This document shows positions 38,001 to 48,598 of a DNA stretch of 64,000 nt, piece after piece. The DNA is taken from contig JBHLOI010000006.1 in NCBI GenBank assembly GCA_048940645.1, forward strand, positions 1 to 64,000, read 5' to 3'. This DNA comes from Promethearchaeota archaeon. GTDB taxonomy: Archaea > Asgardarchaeota > Lokiarchaeia > Sigyniarchaeales > SOKP01. The stretch's first letter is position 1. Each line of letters starts with the position of its first letter. The translations under genes and the position numbers were made by a program. Below the pieces are notes generated by a model. That model had not been told where the DNA came from. It did no database searches and saw only the letters and a list, made by a program, of their open reading frames with translations.

Positions 38001-38840
38001 GTGATTATAATTTCATACGAATATGAAAGAGATGACGAAGAAGAACCAAAAAAACCCTCACCCCCTCCTTTAAAGCCTCCTTCTATGCCCCCACCTACCG
38101 TCCCTCCTCCAACCATACCTCCACCATCTATACCTCCGACATATCAACCTGAACAATCAATTCCAAGTGGCCCATCACAAGCAGAATATAATGCAGCAAT
38201 GAGTCAAGTTCAAGAAAGAGAAGCTCGTCTCAGGGATTTAGAAAATCAACTCCAAAGCGTTAATACTCAATTTGCTAATTTAAATGCACAAGTTAATGAA
38301 AAAGATTACCAAATAAACCAATTAACTTCTAAAGTCCAAAATCTTCAAGCTACTATAGAAACCTATCAAAATCAAATTAATCAGTTAAATAATGAAAAAG
38401 CACAATTACAAGCACAATTACCACAGCTGCAAGGGCAGCTCCAGCGAGTTCAACAAGAAAATATGAATTTACAGCAACAAATTGGTCCCCTTCAATCACA
38501 AATTAATAAATTACAGGAAGAGTTAACCTATAAAGAAAGGAGGATTCAGGAATTAAAAGAACCCAAACCAGTTATGCCCTCTAGTTTAGCCCAAGGAATT
38601 ACATCTCAAACATCAACTTTTGGAAGTAGTCCTTCTTTTGGAACATCTACCACCCCAACAACTACTCCTTCCCAAGATGTAGGAGTTGAACTTGGTGGAT
38701 CAAGGAGAATCTGCCCAAATTGTGGTGCTTCCGGTTTTGCAATCAAGGAAGTTGAAGATAAAACAAAGATAATCAGCTACATACCAAAACCACAATATGC
38801 AAAGAAAAATGTTTGTACTAAATGTGGATTTGAATTTTAA
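38001..38840 (+). CDS. Proline-rich / coiled-coil / C-terminal zinc-ribbon protein
   Basis: PPP(T/S)h repeats, about 125-aa Q-rich heptad region, S/T/P linker, CPNC...CTKC. Confidence 0.85.
   Translation: MIIISYEYERDDEEEPKKPSPPPLKPPSMPPPTVPPPTIPPPSIPPTYQPEQSIPSGPSQAEYNAAMSQVQEREARLRDLENQLQSVNTQFANLNAQVNEKDYQINQLTSKVQNLQATIETYQNQINQLNNEKAQLQAQLPQLQGQLQRVQQENMNLQQQIGPLQSQINKLQEELTYKERRIQELKEPKPVMPSSLAQGITSQTSTFGSSPSFGTSTTPTTTPSQDVGVELGGSRRICPNCGASGFAIKEVEDKTKIISYIPKPQYAKKNVCTKCGFEF
38058..38139 (+). repeat. Coding degenerate 15-bp repeat encoding PPP(T/S)(M/V/I)
   Basis: SPPPL-KPPSM-PPPTV-PPPTI-PPPSI-PP; C-rich tract standing out from the AT-rich background. Confidence 0.75.
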
Positions 38841-39125
38841 AGTAGTAGTTTGTTAAATTTCAACGAAAATTCCTTTGAAATTGCCTTAGGGGTCAGTGTT
38901 TTCAATCATTAATAATATTTTTAATAATTATTATCTTAAATCTTCAATCATTCTTACTTCTCAATTTATTACTAAAATCAATGAAGTTGTTTTTGAAATA
39001 AGTTTAAAAACTCATTTATAGATATTTCATATCATAACAATTCATAAGGAAAATTATTTATATAATAATTTTAATTAATATTGCAAATTTAATTTTGTAA
39101 ATGTTAAGGGAATATTTGATTATAT

Positions 39126-42100
39126 ATGTCAGAATTTCGTGAAGATTTACTTATTTCACCTATTAATAAAAAGCGACTAATTGGGATATTTCTTGTTACT
39201 ATTTTATTAATTTCCCTATTTGCTTTTTCTGTACTTCTTTATAGTTTACTTTTTGGCACTCAAAGGCCCTTTCCTAGCGATCTATTATCAGAAGCAGAAT
39301 ATGAGGAGGGAAATCCGGTATTTATTCCCATACCTTTTAATTGGTCTGATATTTTTGATAATTTAAATTTATCTCAAGATCAACTTCAAGACTTATTAGA
39401 CTCACTACAAGATATGTTTGATGGTGATATTGATGATTTAGATCTAGGAAATTTTTCACAAAGCATTTTAGGCTTATTAGCTTCTGAAATTGAAGTATTT
39501 AGAGTTTTTTATTACAATGATATTAATGCTATGACTAATAAATTATGGAAATATGAATGTTTTGATGAATATACTGGAGATGGATGGCACTCAACTGCTT
39601 CCACTCAAAATTATAATTTTTATTCTTATAACGATTGGCTTACTTATCATTCTGATAAAGATTTACTAAAAATAAAAATACCATTAACTCCTACCTTAGG
39701 AATAAATTCTATGGTTGCCCCTACTCTTTTTCCAAATCCATATGTTATTGATGGTTCAATTTTTGCGCCCAATATGGTATTAACACCACCAGATGATCCT
39801 AAATTATATAAAGATGACTTTAATAGTACTACTATGGATCTTACTTTTACAAGTGAAGCAGATGTAAATATGAGTTATTATATGTTTGGCTTAAACCTTC
39901 CCTCGAATGATGATATCAATAATAGTGCTGTTGAAGCAATGTATACCCCCCCTGTAATTCAAAATCGATATTTACAATTACCTTTAACCTTAAATGCTTA
40001 TCTAACTAATAATTATTTTGTTAATCAGATCTTTGTAACATTAAATAATACTATAAAGGAATATGACAATGCCTTTGTAGTAGCTAATAAGATTAGAAAT
40101 TATCTTCAAACCTATTTTACGTTTCCAATTGATCCTAACTCTTATAATCCTGCTCCGCCAGGTAGAGATGTTGTCGATTGGTTTTGTGAGACCAAGCAAG
40201 GGGTTTGGTCTGATTTTGCATCTGCCTTTTGTGTTTTTTGTCGAATTTTTGGAGTAGCAAGTCGATTTGTTGATGGTTTTAATAGTTTTGGTATTCAAGA
40301 AATGTTTGATCCATTTGAAGGTGCTAATGGTTTTGCAATTAAATATAAAAATTTATACAATTGGGCAGAAATTTATGTCCCATCAGATTTTTTGGGAAAT
40401 GGTCAATGGGTGCAAATGGATATCATATTTGACAGCTTTGGAACTGGTGGAAATCCAGTAACAGGAGGAGATTACAATATTTCCGTTTATACTGATCAAC
40501 CCTTTCCTGCCGTTTATTATCGACCAGATATTGCTAACATAACTGCTTATTTGACTTCTATTACCGAACCTATAGATAATATAGGGATTACTTTTAGAGA
40601 TGTAAGTAGCGGAGAACTTCTTGGTATTGATTATACAGATATTTATGGACAAGCTTCAATCTTAGTTAATATAAATGATTCAAAAGTAGTTGGACATCAT
40701 CTAATAGAAGCAAGAGTAAACCCTGTCATAGCAAATTATACTCTCTTTACAATTCCAGGAGATATTAAAGTAGAGCTAACTTTAGTGAGTCCAACAATGG
40801 TAAATCGTTCTGATACATGGCCCGATATTACAAATGTTACAGGATATGTATATGATCCAGTAGCAAATAAAAGAGTTAAGGATGCTGAGGTAAATTTTAA
40901 ATTACTTCAATATGGTACGAATAATGAAATCTTTAATGCTTTTATCCCCTCAACCCAATTTACCGATCCTAATGGTGAATTTAGTGAAATTTTAAATGTC
41001 AATCCCAGCGTACCAGCGGGTCAATACGAAATAAGGGTTGATTTTAATGGAACATGGATGTTACCCATATTTTATGTTCCTTTTACTAGTATCGTTCCTA
41101 TTACAAATTCTAGCCAACGATGGGAATTTAATATAACAAAAGCATTATCCTTATATTTCTATATAAACAGTTTTCCTGCAAATGATCCGAATAACCCACT
41201 TGTTTATAGAGATGATCCTCTTATTCTTACTGCAAGAGTCATGCTTGAAAATGTAGGACCAGTTCAAGGAAAAAGAGTATTTTTTCATGATTGGACTAGA
41301 GGAAGAATCGAACTAGGAAGTGATATTTCAGATGTGAATGGATTTGCTTCAATTACTATCCCAGCAAATAATAGTTTCACAGCTGGTCCAAATCTATTAT
41401 TTGCTAGATATAGAATGCAAGAAAACTTTTCTTATTTCATTTTAAATGAAGAACCAACGATATTTGCGATTGGTCCATATCCAAGGGAAATTAATCGCAC
41501 GGGTTCAGGTAATTCAAATACAATATTTAATATACAGGGAGATATTACAGATAGTACTAATGGAAATCCGTTACGAAATTGTGAATTAAGATTAAGACTC
41601 TTACGTGGAGGATTAGATTACTCTTCTTACTTAATTCCAAGCGAATATTTTTGGTCTAGATTTGATGGATCCTTTGACTGGAACTTTGAAGTTGCCTCAA
41701 ATACCCCGATAGGAAATTATACTTTAAGAATAGATTTTAATGGTACCCTTGATTACTCTGGGCATCCAATCTATCCTTATTTCTTTAATTTACCATTATC
41801 AGATTTAGAAACTTCATATCTCTTGCCAAATGAATTATCAGTTAGTAGTCTTGCCACTTTATCATTTAACTTTTGGATAAATGGAACTACTTCATATGAT
41901 TATAATCAACCTATAATTAATTATAATGATCACCTTGACCTCTCAGTTTATTTAACTTGGGGGGGTGCGCCGATAGGAGACGGAGAACCGATAGATTTTT
42001 ATGATGTAACTCAAGATTTTTTTATTGGCACTGCATTTACTAATTTGGGGTTTGCCCAAATACTCTACAGCACAGATTTTTTTACTATTGCCGGACCCCA

Positions 42101-43583
42101 TCAAATATATGCAAGATGGGGATCATATTATAATTTTTCATACTTTATTTTGGATGAACAAATAGTAGTTGATTTTGAAAGTGGTCCTGTACCTCGTGAA
42201 ATTAGTAGAGGTCAAACAATTTTCAATTTGCATGGATATGTAAATGATTCTTTTAATCGTTCCCCTATAAAATACGCAGAAATTTCTGTACATCTTTATG
42301 ATCTTTCTGAAACAGAAGTTTTTGGTTATTTAATACACGAAAGTGGTTCACTGCAGTTGGATGACACTGGTGAATTTGATCTATATTATTCAGTTTCAGG
42401 CTCAACACCAGATCAAAACTATACAATTAAAGTAGAGTTCAATGGAATTTTCTTATATTCGTATCCCCCAAGTAATAATCCATACGATTTCTTTTTATTT
42501 CTCCCTAATTTCTATGATATAGTAAATGCTTCTCATCAGCTTAAAGTTAATGATCCAGATAATCTTGATATTTATTTAGCAGTTGAAGGAAACCCAACTT
42601 TACCATTTTATGACAATAGTAATCCTCCTGAAACATACGGATTTGGAGAAGTAGCACATATCCAAGTTACCGTTGTTCATATTGAAGATATTTTTAATAG
42701 AGAAGTAAGAATTTATGATGATTACGATAATACTCTATTAAATTCTTCTATCTTTACAATCCATGCTTTTACAGGATTTATACAATTTAATATTCCAACT
42801 ATTAATTTCCACGCTGGATTAAATAGATTACGAGTAGAATACCACAGTTTTGCTACTATTAACACTACTTACGTAGTGGTAAATGAAACTATCACAATAA
42901 CACCAAGCCCAACTTGGTATTCTGTTTTACGGAATTTTGATAGTTTCTATTTGAATACATACATCCAAGATGGGACTATTGATTTAAATGGTTTGGAAAT
43001 TACAATATTGTTATTAAATAGTACTTTCAATGATGTCTCATTTTATCTAAATATCGCTGGACCTCAAACAATAACAGTATATAATGGATATTATCAATTC
43101 AATATTAATTCAATCAACTTAAATTGTCCTGAAGGACAATATTATCTAATAATCGAGTTTTATGGAAATATTTTCGATGCAGGAGTTAGTCTATTTAATT
43201 ATATGGGCTATGAAAGTAGCTCACTTATTCCTATAAATGTTAGTGCTGGAACTACACTTTCAGGAAATTATGATACGAGAGTTGTTAAGGATCAATTTTA
43301 TGAAGGAGATGACTTATATGCCTATGGTTATTTAAGATGGGATAATGGTACTGGAATTGCTGATATGCTTGTCAACGTCACCATTCGAGATAGCCTTGGA
43401 GGGATTATTGCTAGTGGTTTTGGAACTACCGAAAGTGATGGATCCTTCAATATTACAATCGTTATTGGAGCTGGTTGGCCAGATAATGCTGAAGTATGGG
43501 TAAGTTTTTACCCAGAAGATAATTTTCCTGCTCCAAGATATTATTTTATAAAATCAAGTGAACAACAGTTATTTAGACCTTAA
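39126..43583 (+). CDS. Membrane-anchored surface protein with an inactive transglutaminase-like domain and Ig-like beta repeats
   Basis: N-terminal TM; TGase-like QGVWSDFASAF..CRIFGVASRFVDGF..YNWAEIY..WVQMD; repeated Y.IRVDFNG modules; many NxS/T sequons. Confidence 0.82.
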   Translation: MSEFREDLLISPINKKRLIGIFLVTILLISLFAFSVLLYSLLFGTQRPFPSDLLSEAEYEEGNPVFIPIPFNWSDIFDNLNLSQDQLQDLLDSLQDMFDGDIDDLDLGNFSQSILGLLASEIEVFRVFYYNDINAMTNKLWKYECFDEYTGDGWHSTASTQNYNFYSYNDWLTYHSDKDLLKIKIPLTPTLGINSMVAPTLFPNPYVIDGSIFAPNMVLTPPDDPKLYKDDFNSTTMDLTFTSEADVNMSYYMFGLNLPSNDDINNSAVEAMYTPPVIQNRYLQLPLTLNAYLTNNYFVNQIFVTLNNTIKEYDNAFVVANKIRNYLQTYFTFPIDPNSYNPAPPGRDVVDWFCETKQGVWSDFASAFCVFCRIFGVASRFVDGFNSFGIQEMFDPFEGANGFAIKYKNLYNWAEIYVPSDFLGNGQWVQMDIIFDSFGTGGNPVTGGDYNISVYTDQPFPAVYYRPDIANITAYLTSITEPIDNIGITFRDVSSGELLGIDYTDIYGQASILVNINDSKVVGHHLIEARVNPVIANYTLFTIPGDIKVELTLVSPTMVNRSDTWPDITNVTGYVYDPVANKRVKDAEVNFKLLQYGTNNEIFNAFIPSTQFTDPNGEFSEILNVNPSVPAGQYEIRVDFNGTWMLPIFYVPFTSIVPITNSSQRWEFNITKALSLYFYINSFPANDPNNPLVYRDDPLILTARVMLENVGPVQGKRVFFHDWTRGRIELGSDISDVNGFASITIPANNSFTAGPNLLFARYRMQENFSYFILNEEPTIFAIGPYPREINRTGSGNSNTIFNIQGDITDSTNGNPLRNCELRLRLLRGGLDYSSYLIPSEYFWSRFDGSFDWNFEVASNTPIGNYTLRIDFNGTLDYSGHPIYPYFFNLPLSDLETSYLLPNELSVSSLATLSFNFWINGTTSYDYNQPIINYNDHLDLSVYLTWGGAPIGDGEPIDFYDVTQDFFIGTAFTNLGFAQILYSTDFFTIAGPHQIYARWGSYYNFSYFILDEQIVVDFESGPVPREISRGQTIFNLHGYVNDSFNRSPIKYAEISVHLYDLSETEVFGYLIHESGSLQLDDTGEFDLYYSVSGSTPDQNYTIKVEFNGIFLYSYPPSNNPYDFFLFLPNFYDIVNASHQLKVNDPDNLDIYLAVEGNPTLPFYDNSNPPETYGFGEVAHIQVTVVHIEDIFNREVRIYDDYDNTLLNSSIFTIHAFTGFIQFNIPTINFHAGLNRLRVEYHSFATINTTYVVVNETITITPSPTWYSVLRNFDSFYLNTYIQDGTIDLNGLEITILLLNSTFNDVSFYLNIAGPQTITVYNGYYQFNINSINLNCPEGQYYLIIEFYGNIFDAGVSLFNYMGYESSSLIPINVSAGTTLSGNYDTRVVKDQFYEGDDLYAYGYLRWDNGTGIADMLVNVTIRDSLGGIIASGFGTTESDGSFNITIVIGAGWPDNAEVWVSFYPEDNFPAPRYYFIKSSEQQLFRP

Positions 43584-43603
43584 TTACAAAATTTTCTATA
43601 ATA

Positions 43604-45187
43604 ATGAGAAAGATTTTCAAAAACAAAAGAATCATTGGAAAATTAGGTAAAAAAAAGGGAAAGTTAGCTTTAGGTCTATTTTTTTCAATTCTATTTTTGT
43701 TTTGTTTAAATAGTTTCAGTACGAATTTCCCAACTAATATTGACAATAAAAATTTAAAAAAGTCCGGGATATGGGCAACCTTAGATTTAATTGACATATA
43801 TAATGTAAATAATTCTCGACATCCTCATAATAGCTTAATACAGATTTATGGTAGGTTATATAATAGGATATGGGATGATGGTAAACAAGGATATACAGTA
43901 GCCTTAATAATTGATGGAACATTATACCCGGGAATAAATGAGATTACTGATTCAAATGGGTATTTCCAAATTAATTATAATGTTAATATTGATCATTTTT
44001 CTTATGATGTTTATTCCCCTCATACAATCGAAGCTGAAGTTACTAATCCAGTTCCTCCGGACAATGTAGAATATCGTACACATTTACTAATTTTTGTAAA
44101 TATTTCTTCTTATTTTGATGTGCAGGATCCTTCATCTGCATTTTTACATGATGAATTTTTTAATTTTGATGGTCATTTAAATTTTCAAAACGGAATGGGA
44201 ATCTCTAATGCATTAGTTAATTATTATTGGTATGATGGTTCCACTATTGTGGGATTGGGTTCTTTTATTACAACAGGATTGGGTCAAATCCCGTATGATA
44301 CTATAACCATCCCATTTGTTGCTGAAAATGATCTTATTATAAAGTTGAACTACTCTAACTCTCCATTTATTGGTTATTCAGAAGCAGTAATTTTTAATAC
44401 TAAGATTTTTTCAGATATTTCCTGCTTATGGAATTTACCCACTACTATTACCGAAAATAGCAATTTAAATATTGCTGGGCAATTAGTATCAAGCACAAAT
44501 CCCTCCATTTTAATTAATAATAGAGATATTGATATATATTATAATGGATCTTTTATTGGAACAGATAGAACAGATAATAATGGAGATTTCTCTTACGTAT
44601 ACCCCCTCCCTGCAGGATTAGGACTTTCTAGCCTAAGAATTGTTTTAATTGGGAGTGGCCTAGAAACAACTCGATATATTGATATTGAAGCTCAGCAACC
44701 AAGTGGACCTTCAACCCCAGGTGAAACCCCCTTCTTTATGTTTATAACAATTTTTTTACCTATATTAGCTGTTGTTATTGCAGGATTATCATTTTATGGT
44801 TATCGTTATTATAAAAAACAAGATAAGCTTTCAAGGGTAATTAATCTCCCTCTTGAAAGTAAAATAATAAATCTTAAAATTTTAAAAGATTCTGGAAGAT
44901 TAGAAGAATCTTTATCTTACCTTTTTAATGCAATTTATATGGATTTAGTAAATGCTAAATATGGAAGAACAAGAGAAATTAATGAAACAATAAGAGATTT
45001 TGCGATAATTAGTGTAAAAGATTTAAAATTAAATCCTACCACCATTTATCCTTTTATTCAAAAAATTGAACAAATTATTTATGCTAAACCATTTCAAATA
45101 TCTGATCATGATTTTTATAAGACTGTAGAATTATTTTCACCAATTTATTTACAATTAACGGGATATAATTTTGTATTGAATTTTTGA
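43604..45187 (+). CDS. Single-pass surface protein, Ig-like repeats plus cytoplasmic DUF4129-like domain
   Basis: Signal-like N-terminus, TDSNGYF/TDNNGDF beta repeats, TM near aa 375-400, then ETIRDFA...IEQIIYA. Confidence 0.72.
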   Translation: MRKIFKNKRIIGKLGKKKGKLALGLFFSILFLFCLNSFSTNFPTNIDNKNLKKSGIWATLDLIDIYNVNNSRHPHNSLIQIYGRLYNRIWDDGKQGYTVALIIDGTLYPGINEITDSNGYFQINYNVNIDHFSYDVYSPHTIEAEVTNPVPPDNVEYRTHLLIFVNISSYFDVQDPSSAFLHDEFFNFDGHLNFQNGMGISNALVNYYWYDGSTIVGLGSFITTGLGQIPYDTITIPFVAENDLIIKLNYSNSPFIGYSEAVIFNTKIFSDISCLWNLPTTITENSNLNIAGQLVSSTNPSILINNRDIDIYYNGSFIGTDRTDNNGDFSYVYPLPAGLGLSSLRIVLIGSGLETTRYIDIEAQQPSGPSTPGETPFFMFITIFLPILAVVIAGLSFYGYRYYKKQDKLSRVINLPLESKIINLKILKDSGRLEESLSYLFNAIYMDLVNAKYGRTREINETIRDFAIISVKDLKLNPTTIYPFIQKIEQIIYAKPFQISDHDFYKTVELFSPIYLQLTGYNFVLNF

Positions 45188-45286
45188 TTAAAAAAAAAGA
45201 AAATATGGCAAAAAAAATAAGATAAAAATAAAAACTTGAAAAAAATAATTTATTAAAATAGAAAAATATACTGAAAGGGTTTTAGT

Positions 45287-45667
45287 ATGGTAAAAGTAAA
45301 GAAAAAGAAAAAGGAACCAGAGCCAGAATTAGACGTGACACAAAGTTTTGAAAATGTTAAAGTTTTAGTTCAAACGGAACGATCCACTGAAGCTATTGCT
45401 TATATATATCTTGTCTACAACGATTTAGTTAGAAAAAAATTTAAAAAACCTAGATTAGCCCATCAAACAATTCGCGAATATGCTATTACTTGTGTTAATG
45501 AATTAGGGCAAAAACCTGAAGCTGTGTATCCCTTCATAAAAAAAATTGAAGATATTATTTATGGGGGAATAGAACCTACCAATAAAGAACTAAATTTCAC
45601 AATAGAATTATTTTCAAACTTGTACAATGAAATTACAGGTAAAAAATTACGAGCTGTTAGTTTCTAA
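45287..45667 (+). CDS. Stand-alone DUF4129-like protein
   Basis: EAIAYIY...QTIREYA...IEDIIYG, clearly paralogous to the C-terminus of the preceding ORF. Confidence 0.72.
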   Translation: MVKVKKKKKEPEPELDVTQSFENVKVLVQTERSTEAIAYIYLVYNDLVRKKFKKPRLAHQTIREYAITCVNELGQKPEAVYPFIKKIEDIIYGGIEPTNKELNFTIELFSNLYNEITGKKLRAVSF

Positions 45668-45719
45668 AATTTTAAGAAAATAAAGAAATAATAATTTAAA
45701 TTAAGAAGATTCAAGAAAA

Positions 45720-47471
45720 ATGGCAATTAGTGGGAAAAATAAAGGAAGAAATGTAAATTTATCGAAAGGGATACTTTTAGTATTCGGGACTATATTTCTA
45801 ATATATTTTGGTGTTTTCATTTCAGATTTTATCGAAATTTATCAAATAAACCATCCTGGTGAAGTACCCCCGGTTTACTTAAGTTATATTCCCTTTGTAT
45901 GTTATATTGGAGCCATTTTCTTAGTAATAGGGTTTGCTATTTTTCTTCGTAATGTTTATGCACAAAAGTCAAGAGAGGCTCTCTCCCGTAAAAAAATCCA
46001 AACTGGTTCCATTTACAAAGAAGCATTACTACTTACCATTTTTATTTTTATTTTAATCCCATTAATAGGACCCATTTTTGATAAAGGAGAAAATAACCAC
46101 AATTTCTCAATCTATAATGATGAGTGGAATGGTGCTTCTGATTATAGAATAGCTCTTGAGCAGGAAGGATATGATGTTATGTCAATACAAACTAGCTTAA
46201 GTGCAACTCAACGCTTAAATAAATCGGTTTTATTAATATTGTTAGGTCCAAATCAATTTTATAATCCGTTATTCGAAGTACCGTTCTTTGTAGATTTTTT
46301 TAGTAATGAAACTAAAAATTCAATTTTGATTTGCCATGATCATGGTAGCACCAGCACATTATTATGGGAAATTTATATTGCGAGTGCTTTAGATCCAGAT
46401 ATCCAAGGAGTAATTCCCGTAGCAATTTTCCCTAACGGTATATTGCGAGATAATGATTCTTATGATACGCGCCCAGATTTTCCCGTTATTGATGAATTTG
46501 TTGATCATCCCACAACTAATAGTATAGATGATGTAATTCTTTCACACTCATCTAGTGCACTTGGCAAACCGTTTACTGATTTCTTTGGGTGGGATGTGAT
46601 AGGTTCTACTTCAAAATATGCTTATGTTGATAAAAACGGAGATCATATGTATAAATTTGAAGATGATTATGTAGATTTGAGCTTGATAACTGCGTTTATT
46701 CCTGAGTGGAATTACACTAAATGGCCACTAGCGGGATACTATCACGCTGTCTTTATGGCCAAAGATCTCACTGCTTTTGGTGGAAACGGTCGAGTTTTTG
46801 TGTCTGCTGATGCTAGTTTATTTAATAATGAATTGATTAATCATCCAAATTATGATAATCGTCAATTTGGGATAAATATAGTAGACTGGCTTACTTTTGG
46901 AGAAGATAAGAACAATTGGGTTATTGCATTTGATGAAGCTCATATCCGCCCTGAATATTCAAGAGATTTAACTTCTGCTGGACTTTTTGGTTTTATTATT
47001 CAATATGTTGTTCACCTTTCTACCAATCCAATTACGGCTTGGATATACCCTCTTCTAGCAGTCTATACATTAAGAAAGTATTTACCAAAAAAAGATGAAA
47101 AAGCAGAAAAAAAGAAAGCAAAAAAACAAGAACAAATAGAAGAACGAGAAAAATTTAGAACTTCCTCTTATTTTGCCCAAAAAATTGAATGGTTTAGGAA
47201 TAAAAGTGAATATGGTAAAGCTCTAAAATTATTATATAGAAGATTAGAGCGGAAATTAAATGCCCAATTAGGTGGTGGAACCATAACAACTCAAAGTGTT
47301 GTTGATTTGGCAATTTCTAAAGATCCTAGTATCAATAAAGTAAAAATTAAAAGAATTTCTAAATTTATGGATAGAATATTACCTATTAAAGAAGGAAAAT
47401 CTAAGGTTAAAAATGTAGAAGATTTTGAAAACCTGTTCTTTGAGATGGAATGGGTTGTGAATAATATTTAA
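45720..47471 (+). CDS. Membrane protein with DUF4350-like extracellular domain
   Basis: Three N-terminal TMs, FSIYNDEWNGAS, GRVFVSADASLFNN, DNRQF and IAFDEAH. Confidence 0.78.
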   Translation: MAISGKNKGRNVNLSKGILLVFGTIFLIYFGVFISDFIEIYQINHPGEVPPVYLSYIPFVCYIGAIFLVIGFAIFLRNVYAQKSREALSRKKIQTGSIYKEALLLTIFIFILIPLIGPIFDKGENNHNFSIYNDEWNGASDYRIALEQEGYDVMSIQTSLSATQRLNKSVLLILLGPNQFYNPLFEVPFFVDFFSNETKNSILICHDHGSTSTLLWEIYIASALDPDIQGVIPVAIFPNGILRDNDSYDTRPDFPVIDEFVDHPTTNSIDDVILSHSSSALGKPFTDFFGWDVIGSTSKYAYVDKNGDHMYKFEDDYVDLSLITAFIPEWNYTKWPLAGYYHAVFMAKDLTAFGGNGRVFVSADASLFNNELINHPNYDNRQFGINIVDWLTFGEDKNNWVIAFDEAHIRPEYSRDLTSAGLFGFIIQYVVHLSTNPITAWIYPLLAVYTLRKYLPKKDEKAEKKKAKKQEQIEEREKFRTSSYFAQKIEWFRNKSEYGKALKLLYRRLERKLNAQLGGGTITTQSVVDLAISKDPSINKVKIKRISKFMDRILPIKEGKSKVKNVEDFENLFFEMEWVVNNI

Positions 47472-47538
47472 ATTATAAAATTAAGCATGATAACCAAATT
47501 AAATTAGTTAAAAAAAATAAAAAAAAAGTGAAAAAAAA

Positions 47539-48519
47539 ATGGAAGCCCCAGATAAAGCAAAATATTATGAAAGAGAGGAACTTGATGTCGCTCCTATTCG
47601 AGAGATGGCCCAAGAAGTTTTGAGTGAGGTTTCACGAGTAATTGTCGGTTATGGAGAAATCTTGCAAGAACTCTTCATAGCTCTTCTAGTAAATGGACAT
47701 GTACTTCTTGAAGGAGTACCCGGTCTAGGAAAAACCGTTATGGCCAAAACTTTTGCTAAGACACTTGGAATTGGTTTTAGACGTGTTCAATTTACTCCCG
47801 ATCTTCTTCCAGCAGATATAACTGGCACGAAAATCTTTTCTCAAGAAGAAGGGACATTTGTACTTCAAAAAGGACCAATTTTCGCAAATGTGGTTTTAGC
47901 AGATGAAATAAATAGAAGCGCACCAAAGACTCAAGCGGCATTATTAGAAGCTATGGCTGAGCGTCAAGTAACAATAGAAGGTCAAACTCTGCTTTTAGAA
48001 AAGCCTTTCATAGTTCTAGCTACTGAGAACCCTATTGAAATGGAGGGTACTTACCCTTTACCAGAAGCACAATTAGATAGATTTCTCATGAAATTATGGC
48101 TTGATTATCCTGAAGAGGATGGAGAGGTAGAAATTATGAGAAGACAAATTTCTGGTGAATCCCCCTCTGTAGAACAAATTACAAGCGCTCAAGAAATACT
48201 TGCTGCTCAGAAACTAATGAATCTTGTTTACATTGATGACAGAATACTGAAATACATTAGAGATATAATTCTAAAGACACGGAGCCACCCACAATTAAGT
48301 ATGGGTGCGGGCCCAAGAGCTAGCTTGGTATTAATGAAATGTGCTAAAGCACGAGCATCGATTCTAGGTCGTCAATACGTAACACCCGATGATGTACGAG
48401 CGTTAGTAATCCCTGCCCTCAATCATCGTATTTTATTGAAACCAGAAGCAGAGTTGGAAGGTTTAGATGTTATGTCAGTAATTAAAAACATCATAGAAGA
48501 AATACCTATTCCAATCTAA
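47539..48519 (+). CDS. moxR: MoxR-proper AAA+ ATPase
   Basis: GHVLLEGVPGLGKT, RVQFTPDLLPADITG, LADEINR and EGTYPLPEAQLDRF. Confidence 0.95.
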   Translation: MEAPDKAKYYEREELDVAPIREMAQEVLSEVSRVIVGYGEILQELFIALLVNGHVLLEGVPGLGKTVMAKTFAKTLGIGFRRVQFTPDLLPADITGTKIFSQEEGTFVLQKGPIFANVVLADEINRSAPKTQAALLEAMAERQVTIEGQTLLLEKPFIVLATENPIEMEGTYPLPEAQLDRFLMKLWLDYPEEDGEVEIMRRQISGESPSVEQITSAQEILAAQKLMNLVYIDDRILKYIRDIILKTRSHPQLSMGAGPRASLVLMKCAKARASILGRQYVTPDDVRALVIPALNHRILLKPEAELEGLDVMSVIKNIIEEIPIPI

Positions 48520-48598
48520 TTCAAGACACTCTATCATAATAAATTAAAAAATTGGAAAATTTTTTATAGGAAAATAATTAAAAGAATGGTGAAATGAA

